A stretch of DNA of 30,100 bases from a virus (Duplodnaviria; Caudoviricetes), in IMG/VR virus record IMGVR_UViG_3300011439_000039, positions 1 through 30,100 of that record; one strand, 5' to 3'. Numbering within the stretch: position 1 is the first letter of the stretch; every line of letters starts with the position of its first letter. The position numbers and the translations under genes were made by a program. Shown here in pieces: positions 23,899 to 30,100 of the stretch. Below the pieces are notes generated by a model. That model was not told where the DNA came from and made no database searches. It saw nothing but the letters and a program-made list of their open reading frames with translations.

Positions 23899-24120
23899 GT
23901 GGGATTTGTTACCCCGGAACGCGGCATCTTCGAATCCGACGCGGCACCAGGATGTCGCGCGTGGGTCGTGTACGTCTCGGGCCAGCGACGGATCCGGCTC
24001 GAGGTTCCGGCCGATGATCGTGACGAAGCGCTCATTTTTCTGTGGTCCTACCTGTGCGCGCACGACCGGCATCTGCGCGATTCGGACGCTACCGCTACTC
24101 ACCTCCGGCTTCTGGACTGA
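23899..24120 (+). CDS. Hypothetical protein (73 aa)
   Basis: Fills the gap convergent with the repressor; no clear RBS. Confidence 0.4.
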   Translation: MGFVTPERGIFESDAAPGCRAWVVYVSGQRRIRLEVPADDRDEALIFLWSYLCAHDRHLRDSDATATHLRLLD

Positions 24121-24370
24121 CCTGTAGACCTTCCATCCACTCGGCAAACTCGTCGCCTTTGCCAAGCGCGATGATGATGCGCAGGAGACTCACCGCGCTC
24201 ATATCGTTGGCCGTTGACCGGTACCAATTCCTCACCGTGTCGGGCGGCACGGGAACGCCCCGCAGCGCGAGCGCTTGAGTGAGATCGCTCGGTGTCGGCC
24301 AGCGTTCGACGAGAAAATCCTGAATTTCCCGAATGCCCTGGAAGGCAGGTTTGTGATTGCCCTTTGCCAT
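24095..24370 (-). CDS. Putative immunity repressor (XRE-type HTH, 91 aa)
   Basis: SDLTQAL...GV.VP.DTVRNWY......SA..L..I..ALG HTH pattern; divergent from the Ner-like gene. Confidence 0.7.
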   Translation of the reverse strand: MAKGNHKPAFQGIREIQDFLVERWPTPSDLTQALALRGVPVPPDTVRNWYRSTANDMSAVSLLRIIIALGKGDEFAEWMEGLQVSPEAGGE

Positions 24371-24402
24371 CTGCCTGCCATGTCAACGGTTAGAAGGTCA
24401 CG

Positions 24403-24441
24403 AAAGACGGGCTTGCGCAACGGTCTTTTAAGACATAGCTT
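24403..24441 (+). promoter_or_regulatory. Early rightward promoter with overlapping palindromes (putative operators)
   Basis: TTGCGC(24413-24418)-N17-TAGCTT(24436-24441); AAAGAC..TTGCGCAA..GTCTTT and GTCTT-TT-AAGAC inverted repeats. Confidence 0.55.
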
Positions 24442-24470
24442 CGTCGCTACAACTTTAGCTAATAGAGGCG

Positions 24471-24665
24471 ATGAAGCCAGCGGAAATCAAGGCTGCCTTA
24501 GTACTCCGGGGCGTGAAGCAAGCAGCCATCGCACGACAGGTGGGGCATTCGTCGGCGTTCGTCAACGATGTCATCACCCGCAAGCGCCGGAGCCCGGCCA
24601 TCGAGCGCGCGATCGCTGAGGCCCTCGGCAAGCCCCTCAAGAAAGTCTTTCCCGAGGCCGCATGA
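24471..24665 (+). CDS. Ner/Cro-like HTH regulator
   Basis: M.PAEIKAAL..RG....AIAR..G.S...V..VI.....S..IE.AIAEALGKP...VFP matches the Mu Ner pattern; GAGG RBS. Confidence 0.85.
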   Translation: MKPAEIKAALVLRGVKQAAIARQVGHSSAFVNDVITRKRRSPAIERAIAEALGKPLKKVFPEAA

Positions 24666-24841
24666 GCGCGCTCACCGTCACATTGGCGGTGGCCTGGGGC
24701 GTGTGCGCCGTTGGCGTGCTCGTGGTCGGCTGGCGGGTTGCGTCGAAGACCGACCGGAGTGAGCCGGACTTTCGGGACGTGGACGATTTGGCGTTGCGGA
24801 GAAGGATCAACGAGCGGCTACGTCGAGAGGCCGGGCTATGA
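24662..24841 (+). CDS. 59-aa single-TM protein
   Basis: MSALTVTLAVAWGVCAVGVLVVGWRVASK...REAGL*; ATGA overlaps at both ends, GAGG RBS. Confidence 0.65.
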   Translation: MSALTVTLAVAWGVCAVGVLVVGWRVASKTDRSEPDFRDVDDLALRRRINERLRREAGL

Positions 24842-25341
24842 GCACCGCTGCGCGCATGGCTGTCGACCACGAAACGGCATCTGAGGACATTCGCAACGCG
24901 CAGCAGATGTTGGCCGGCGTGGATAGCGCAGACGCTGCCGATCGCCGCAATGGTATCGAAGCCGTAAGCCGTCGCCTATCCGCTGCGCTCCTCAAGGTCG
25001 AGTCAATGGGCCGCGACGTGCTCGCTGCCGCCCAGGAATTCAGCAAGGCGCGCGACGAGGAAACGCTGTCGCTGATGAACGATCTGCGGGCAGCACACGC
25101 GCAGGTGAATGCGATGGAATACATGCGCACCACGATTCGAGTCTTGTGGCAGGGCACGGATGTCGAACGCTTCATCGTCGAGACCATCCATCGGCGCATA
25201 GAGGGCCGATTCACACGCAGCGAGTGGCATAGCGCCGTTGCGCTCCGCGATCGACTCCGCTCGGACGCCATCATCGCGGCGGTGAAGGCCGCGCCATCCA
25301 CCGAATTACAGCGCCTGCAGCTCGTTGGGCGCGGAGACTGA
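24838..25341 (+). CDS. Hypothetical helical protein (167 aa)
   Basis: GAGG RBS, coupled in the early operon. Confidence 0.7.
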   Translation: MSTAARMAVDHETASEDIRNAQQMLAGVDSADAADRRNGIEAVSRRLSAALLKVESMGRDVLAAAQEFSKARDEETLSLMNDLRAAHAQVNAMEYMRTTIRVLWQGTDVERFIVETIHRRIEGRFTRSEWHSAVALRDRLRSDAIIAAVKAAPSTELQRLQLVGRGD

Positions 25342-25343
25342 TA

Positions 25344-26195
25344 ATGGCCACCGAGACCAAGCCCCAGAGCACCGCTGTCGCAACGACCGAGAAGCGACCC
25401 CTCACCGCTGCGGTGAACGAGCTCATCACGTCGAAGCAGGCCCGCGAGTACATCGAGCCGTTCCTGCCAGCCGGCACCGACATTCAGCGCGTCGCTGCGT
25501 CGCTCGTGCTCGCGATGAAGAAGGACGAGTCCGGGATGCTGCGAAAGTGCACGCCAGAGTCGCTCATCATGGGCATGGCGAAGATCCAGCAATGGAGGGC
25601 GGAGATCGGTGAGTCTGCGTACCTCCTTCCGTTCAAGAACAAGAGCGCCGGGACGGTCGAGGCCGTGCCGGTGCGGAGCTACACGTTTCTGGCAGAACTC
25701 TCGGCAGCGTGCGGCTTCCCACTCGAGGCGAAGGTGGTGCGCGCGGGCGACGAGTTCGCGTACAAGTTCGGCCTGGAGCCGGTCCTCGATCATCGGCCGG
25801 TCGGCAAGAACAAGGCGCCGATCACGCACGTGTGGTGCATCGTCCACCAGCCGCGGAATCGCACGCCGATCTTCGACGTGATGACCGCCGAGGATGTCGA
25901 AGAGATCAGGCAGAAGTATTCCAAGCAGTGGAAGGAAGGACCGCTCCAAGCCTGGTACGCGAAAAAATCAATTATTCGGCGCGTCGTGAAGCTGCTGCCG
26001 AAGGATCCGAAGCTCGCCCGGCTGATCCAGGCAGTTCAGGAAGATGCGCACGAAGAACTGGAAGAGGACGTTCCGCTGCTGTCAGCGGCGGCCGCGGCGC
26101 CGACTGCGCGGATCGAGCAGGCGGAGGGCGACCAAGAGCGAGAGGCAGGCGAAGAGTACGAGGACTTTGACGACCGCGACCTCGTCGAAGAGTGA
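25344..26195 (+). CDS. recT: RecT-family ssDNA annealing protein
   Basis: L.KCTPESL, GESAYLLPF, VVRAGDEF.Y.FG, VMT.EDVEEIR..S, KKSIIRR.VK.LP motifs and acidic tail. Confidence 0.9.
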   Translation: MATETKPQSTAVATTEKRPLTAAVNELITSKQAREYIEPFLPAGTDIQRVAASLVLAMKKDESGMLRKCTPESLIMGMAKIQQWRAEIGESAYLLPFKNKSAGTVEAVPVRSYTFLAELSAACGFPLEAKVVRAGDEFAYKFGLEPVLDHRPVGKNKAPITHVWCIVHQPRNRTPIFDVMTAEDVEEIRQKYSKQWKEGPLQAWYAKKSIIRRVVKLLPKDPKLARLIQAVQEDAHEELEEDVPLLSAAAAAPTARIEQAEGDQEREAGEEYEDFDDRDLVEE

Positions 26196-26809
26196 AGCAG
26201 ACCCCTACCACCGCCGAGCTGCTTTTCGGGCTCGCTTCTGGCGACGACGTTATCGCGGTCGCAGAGCCGCAGGTGTACGTGCCGGGCCCGCGGTCCGCGC
26301 TCGTACCCGCTGAGTGCCCGTACGATATCCCCGACGTCGATTCGCGCGGCGGTCAACTGCTGCGCGTTCTCGGACCGCCTGACTTCCCGGGTTGGTCATC
26401 GGAGTACTCCGTCGAGCTGAGCTATCCGCCGTGCCACTTCTGCCGCAAGCCGGTCACCGAGTGGAACGATCGGGCTGTCGCGATCACTGAGGAGGGGCTG
26501 GTGTGGTGTCACACGCTCTGCCGGCAGGCCGCCACGGGCAGCAAAGGAATGCCGACGATAGCGACCGCGAACACGACCCGCGACATGCCCGACTGCCGGA
26601 TGTGCCTGCTCACGTGGGAAGAGCACTACCGGCCGGTCACAACTATCTGGGACGCCTACTGCGACACCGAGGGGCTACCCGATGTCGTGCAGTACTACCG
26701 TCCCGCCGCGCCGTTCCGGTCGCGGAACTGGCCGTACCGCCTGATCATCGACAGCCCGTGGTACACCGCGGACGGAAAGGTCGCGTACGTCGAAGAGGTA
26801 GCAGCGTGA
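26192..26809 (+). CDS. Hypothetical protein with CxxC/HxxC zinc-binding motifs
   Basis: CHFC...HTLC and CRMC...H; GTGA overlaps. Confidence 0.6.
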   Translation: MKQTPTTAELLFGLASGDDVIAVAEPQVYVPGPRSALVPAECPYDIPDVDSRGGQLLRVLGPPDFPGWSSEYSVELSYPPCHFCRKPVTEWNDRAVAITEEGLVWCHTLCRQAATGSKGMPTIATANTTRDMPDCRMCLLTWEEHYRPVTTIWDAYCDTEGLPDVVQYYRPAAPFRSRNWPYRLIIDSPWYTADGKVAYVEEVAA

Positions 26810-27006
26810 CGAGGCTGCCGACACCTGTCACCGACGACGACGTGCGCGCCGCGTTCGAAGCGTACTACGCTCGCCCGTCGGGCCTTGAGCACATCGGTGT
26901 TGAGCCGCCGCTGAACGATTCGTACGGCGCGGAGATTCTCAGCGCGCTGCGCCGCGCCCTTGAGTGCGATCGAAAGCGTGCCGTAGAACGTTCCGGGGTC
27001 GCATGA
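26806..27006 (+). CDS. Hypothetical protein (66 aa)
   Basis: GAGGT RBS, GTGA/ATGA overlaps; MTRLPTPVTDDDVRAAFEAYY... Confidence 0.6.
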   Translation: MTRLPTPVTDDDVRAAFEAYYARPSGLEHIGVEPPLNDSYGAEILSALRRALECDRKRAVERSGVA

Positions 27007-27350
27007 GAGCACTCGAACAGGTGGTCGCCGACGCGCGTGGGGAAGCTGCGGTGCTGCGCTCCAACCGGGCGTCGTTCTCCGTGGATCGCGTCGAGCAAAT
27101 CCTAGACGACGTCGCGCTCGCCGCCGAGCCGTACATCACCTGGCTCTCAGAGAACGACGCGGCGATGCGACGCGGCGTGACTCCTCCAACCATGGCCGGG
27201 TACTTCGCAGCAATGCTGCGTGATGGGAATGCACGGCTCTCAGGTCGCGCGCGGCAATACCGGATGTGTGCAGTTCCCCAGCGCGCCCAGACGGTTGCGG
27301 TCGCAGCTCGCGCGCGCGCGATTGCGCGCCAGGAGAAGAAGGCGTCGTGA
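27003..27350 (+). CDS. Putative excisionase/recombination directionality factor
   Basis: WLSENDAAMRRGVTPPTM...R.RQYR winged-HTH-like segment; coupled to integrase. Confidence 0.5.
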   Translation: MRALEQVVADARGEAAVLRSNRASFSVDRVEQILDDVALAAEPYITWLSENDAAMRRGVTPPTMAGYFAAMLRDGNARLSGRARQYRMCAVPQRAQTVAVAARARAIARQEKKAS

Positions 27351-28516
27351 CCCGGAAGCGACTCGCCACCTTTGGCCGGCGCGGCAAGCTCGTCCGCCTG
27401 TTCCTCGAGACGAGGATGGATGGCGTGAAGCGCTACGTCGTCATGTGGGGCCCGAAGGGCGCGCGCCAGCAGGATTCCTGGCCTGCGACCAAAGAAGGCA
27501 AGGCCGAGGCGGAAGCGTTCTTCGCGGCCTATGGCAAGGAGATGACCGCCAAGCCTGAGCGCGCGCCGGTCACGAACCGCGAACTCTTCGTGGCGTTCAA
27601 GAACGCCGAATGGGCGGCACTCCGGCCGCGGTCCCGAACGCTGTATGAAGCCGACTGGCGCACGTGGGAGCAGTTCGCCGGCGCCGCCAACGTCGCGGAA
27701 GAAACGTCGGTCATCCAGTGCGGCGAGTTCCGCAAGGCGCTCGACGCGCGGGGGCTTGCCACGGCGACCCTCCGGACCACGATCGGCAACATTCGCACGG
27801 TCTTCAATTGGGGCGAGCGGATGGAGCTCTTGCAGAAGAACAAGTGGCACCTGTTCGTTCTGAAGATCGCCAAGGACAAGCGGACCAAGCCGCGGGCCGA
27901 GTATCGATCGGACGAGTTCCTTCGCATCTGGGCCGCGCTGGATCCGCAGGACCGTGGGCAGTGGCGCGCCTGGGTCGCCATCGGGTTGCTCGGCATCTAC
28001 GGCAACCGCCAGAACGAGATCCTCAATTTGCAATGGGGCTGGATCGAGGGCGACGTTGTGAGCGTGCCGCTCGAGTACGTGAAAACGGGCGAGGATCGCG
28101 CGCTACGGCTCTTCCCGCAGACGCAGCGGATTCTATCCATCGCGCGGGAATGGCGCGACGCTGAGCGCTACAGCGGGCAGTACGTGCTGTTTCCGGGCCG
28201 ACGCCACAACAAGGAACTGCACTACTCCATTCAGTCACTGACAAATGCGCTCCACTTGGCCGAGCAGCGGGCCGGCGTTGAATCGATTCGGTGGCGTGCT
28301 GGCCATGGGTTCCGCCGCGGCCTGATGGGCGACCTCACGGAATCCACCGGTGATGTGACGTTGGCTCTCCAGGCGATCGGCGACCGCGACCTCAGCATGG
28401 CCAACTCGTACCGGGTCCGGCGGAACGACCGGGTCGACGACGCGGTGAGAGGCAGGGCGGACAGGCTGTTTCCCGAGTCTGCCGAGTCTGCCGAGCCGAA
28501 GGAGCCGAGCGAATGA
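27347..28516 (+). CDS. int: Tyrosine integrase
   Basis: YGNRQNEIL.L.W (R), VKTG (K), GHGFRR (HxxR), AIGD (H/W position), MANSY (Y); arm-binding-like N-terminus; attP about 420 bp downstream. GTG start overlaps upstream stop. Confidence 0.92.
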   Translation: MTRKRLATFGRRGKLVRLFLETRMDGVKRYVVMWGPKGARQQDSWPATKEGKAEAEAFFAAYGKEMTAKPERAPVTNRELFVAFKNAEWAALRPRSRTLYEADWRTWEQFAGAANVAEETSVIQCGEFRKALDARGLATATLRTTIGNIRTVFNWGERMELLQKNKWHLFVLKIAKDKRTKPRAEYRSDEFLRIWAALDPQDRGQWRAWVAIGLLGIYGNRQNEILNLQWGWIEGDVVSVPLEYVKTGEDRALRLFPQTQRILSIAREWRDAERYSGQYVLFPGRRHNKELHYSIQSLTNALHLAEQRAGVESIRWRAGHGFRRGLMGDLTESTGDVTLALQAIGDRDLSMANSYRVRRNDRVDDAVRGRADRLFPESAESAEPKEPSE

Positions 28517-28932
28517 CCTGCACCCTTTATGTGCTGGTAGACCCAGCGCAGCCACGTCGCTTTCGGTACGTCGGAATTACCACCATGCCGCCGACGCGGC
28601 GACGGAAGCACATAACGCGACCGGCAACCGGTACGAATCGGCCCCTTTGGGATTGGGTGCAGGGGCTCCTGCGTAATGATCGTGAACCGTTGATGCACGT
28701 CCTCGGGCGGTTTCCGTCGCCCGCCGAGGCACATGAACGGGAGTGGAGGACGATTCTTCGGTGGCAACGCCGAGGCGCGTGCGACCTCAACCAGCAGCGT
28801 TTCGGCTCGGAGCGTTATGCATTGCGGTGCGCAGCCAGGTTGGCCGAAGGCGCAACCAAGGTGCAACCGAATGGCTCGGCAACGAGAAACGGCCCCCAAA
28901 AGGAGCCGTTAACCTCACCAGCGGTGGCTTAA
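28513..28932 (+). CDS. GIY-YIG family nuclease
   Basis: LYVLVDP....RYVGIT....RRRKH, EA..RE...I, L-N motifs. Confidence 0.8.
   Translation: MTCTLYVLVDPAQPRRFRYVGITTMPPTRRRKHITRPATGTNRPLWDWVQGLLRNDREPLMHVLGRFPSPAEAHEREWRTILRWQRRGACDLNQQRFGSERYALRCAARLAEGATKVQPNGSATRNGPQKEPLTSPAVA
28845..28870 (+). repeat. attP arm-type repeat, left copy
   Basis: CGAAGGCGCAACCAAGGTGCAACCGA; 23/26 identical to 29073-29098; two tandem AGGYGCAAC units. Confidence 0.8.
28888..28910 (-). terminator. Terminator-like hairpin 3' of the tRNA fragment
   Basis: Minus strand AACGGCTCC-TTTTG-GGGGCCGTT followed by TCTCGTT; placed to terminate a reconstituted tRNA transcript. Confidence 0.5.
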
Positions 28933-28937
28933 AGCAA

Positions 28938-28966
28938 TGGGCCATCAAGGACTTGAACCTTGAACC
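28938..28966 (-). mobile_element. attP core: 3' portion of a tRNA gene (T-arm plus acceptor strand; Lys-like, identity uncertain)
   Basis: Minus strand GGTT-CAAGG-TTCAAGT-CCTTG-ATGGCCC-A: perfect T stem/loop, 7-nt acceptor strand and discriminator. No anticodon or D arm upstream. Confidence 0.85.
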
Positions 28967-29072
28967 TAAACGTAGCGGTCCCCCTTCTATATAGGGGAAA
29001 CGCAGGCAGTCAGCGTGCTTCACTAGGGCGAACGCACGGGTCGGACGCCCGAACCGGTAGCGAAACCGCCTA

Positions 29073-29098
29073 CGAAGGTGCAACGCAGGTGCAACCGA
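29073..29098 (+). repeat. attP arm-type repeat, right copy
   Basis: CGAAGGTGCAACGCAGGTGCAACCGA, direct repeat of 28845-28870 on the other side of the core. Confidence 0.8.
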
Positions 29099-29144
29099 GG
29101 GCCCTGCCCCTCAGGTGCCCCGTTTCACACGCCATGGCGGCCAC

Positions 29145-30100
29145 ATGAGCCGCTTCGCTGCCCGCGTTCTGGCCCGCTACCGCGTTGCCCCGGATCCCAC
29201 GCTTCCCCGCGACGAGTGCCGCATCGAGGACGCGGCGGGGCTGATCTGCGACCCTGCCACCGGCAAGTATCCGCACCGGACCGGGATGCGCGACGAGATG
29301 GAGCGTGCGCTCAAGTTCGCGTGCGAGGACCGAAGGGTCACGCGCTTTTTAGGCGTGGGGATACCTATTTGTTCACCCGCTGTAGAGGGAGCGAACGCCG
29401 CGCAGATCGGTGCTTGCCTGTGTCAAGAGCGAGTTGAGCGAGCCTCGGACCGCTCCACGCAGAACTGTACCGCTTTTCTCCCGCAGCTACGTCCTTCCTT
29501 TTCCGTTCCGTCGCTTGGTGTGAGTAGGACCTATCACACCGAGGATGATCATGGCAACGGAAGCACGGAAGGCAGAACTGCGGGCGATGTCGGACGCTGG
29601 CTCGCCGCAGTATCGGCGGGCGTCAGTCGCAGCGCGGTTCTGGAGCAAGGTCGAGTACACCGACGGCTGCTGGCTGTGGCGCGGCGCGAAGGATCAGCAC
29701 GGGTACGGCTGCTTTGGCATCAACTATCGGGTCATCAAGGCCCCGCGCGTCGCGTACGAGCTCACGAAGGGGAGCATCCCAGAGGGCATGGACATTCTGC
29801 ATTCGTGCGACACACCCGCGTGTGTTCGCCCGGATCACCTTCGCCCTGGTACGGCGCGCGACAACGCTCAGGACATGCTGGCGCGCGGGCGTCACTTCAC
29901 GCCGTTCAAGACACACCGGTACACTCGCCCCAGACAGACGGAGTGTTTCCTGGGTCATCCATTCGATGCAGCGAATACATCGATCGCGCGCGACGGGTCG
30001 CAACGCTGCCGAGCATGCGCACGCGAACGGACCGCGCGCTATCGCCTGACCCTGAAAGGGAAGGCGGCGCTGCTCGAGGAGGAAGCACCAAGCTAGAGCA
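29145..30100 (+). CDS. Possible hypothetical gene (MSRFAARVLARYRV...); frame has no stop before the window end
   Basis: First ~65 codons have GC-rich third positions; the rest runs through an intergenic-looking stretch and overlaps the HNH gene in another frame. Confidence 0.3.
   Translation, partial: MSRFAARVLARYRVAPDPTLPRDECRIEDAAGLICDPATGKYPHRTGMRDEMERALKFACEDRRVTRFLGVGIPICSPAVEGANAAQIGACLCQERVERASDRSTQNCTAFLPQLRPSFSVPSLGVSRTYHTEDDHGNGSTEGRTAGDVGRWLAAVSAGVSRSAVLEQGRVHRRLLAVARREGSARVRLLWHQLSGHQGPARRVRAHEGEHPRGHGHSAFVRHTRVCSPGSPSPWYGARQRSGHAGARASLHAVQDTPVHSPQTDGVFPGSSIRCSEYIDRARRVATLPSMRTRTDRALSPDPEREGGAARGGSTKLE
29514..29543 (+). promoter_or_regulatory. Hairpin overlapping the RBS of the HNH gene
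   Basis: CTTGGTGTGA/TCACACCGAG 10-bp stem (one G-U); its 3' arm includes GAG of the GAGGA SD. Confidence 0.5.
29551..30096 (+). CDS. HNH homing-type endonuclease with C-terminal Cys/His DNA-binding module
   Basis: RFWSKV...GCWLW.G....GYG, ILHSCD.PACV.P.HL..GT..DN..DM; C..GH......T......R.CRAC. Start 29551 (SD spacing) or 29545. Confidence 0.92.
   Translation: MATEARKAELRAMSDAGSPQYRRASVAARFWSKVEYTDGCWLWRGAKDQHGYGCFGINYRVIKAPRVAYELTKGSIPEGMDILHSCDTPACVRPDHLRPGTARDNAQDMLARGRHFTPFKTHRYTRPRQTECFLGHPFDAANTSIARDGSQRCRACARERTARYRLTLKGKAALLEEEAPS

Noticed and set aside
28938-28966. Complete tRNA gene
   Set aside because: Only the T-arm and 3' acceptor strand are present; no anticodon arm, D arm or 5' GGGCCAT strand. 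Better explained as an att core.
28845-29098. CRISPR or mini-array
   Set aside because: Only two 26-bp copies about 200 bp apart, flanking a tRNA fragment next to an integrase; no cas genes.
1-30100. Complete circular genome
   Set aside because: The ends do not overlap, the HNH at position 1 lacks its N-terminus, and no replication genes are present.
1-30100. Stop-codon reassignment
   Set aside because: Genes are full length under the standard code, and TAA, TAG and TGA all act as stops at tight gene junctions.

Overview
The window is a GC-rich temperate siphovirus (HK97-type head, long non-contractile tail), almost entirely on the + strand. Gene order: 3' end of a packaging HNH, putative cos region, terS/terL, portal, prohead protease, major capsid, decoration genes, a methyltransferase fusion, head-tail genes, two paralogous tail-tube genes, a tail chaperone with a -1 slippery site, tape measure, tail-tip protein, a reverse-strand HExxH lipoprotein moron, a beta-roll fibre, a long lysis region rich in small membrane proteins (CHAP endolysin), a divergent repressor/Ner switch, recT, xis-like and tyrosine integrase genes, a GIY-YIG gene, an apparently intact attP (tRNA 3'-end core flanked by arm repeats) and an HNH endonuclease. 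An intact attP suggests the non-integrated form. No replication genes are visible and the window ends do not join, so the genome continues outside. Top candidates for novelty: (1) a small protein ending in ...NDSHLCPPDCPG translationally coupled to a ~7-TM protein inside the lysis region, a possible ligand/receptor pair; (2) a capsid protein with a signal-peptide-like N-terminus behind a highly structured leader RNA; (3) a SAM-methyltransferase/GT-like fusion in the head module. All family calls come from reading motifs and synteny; no searches were run.
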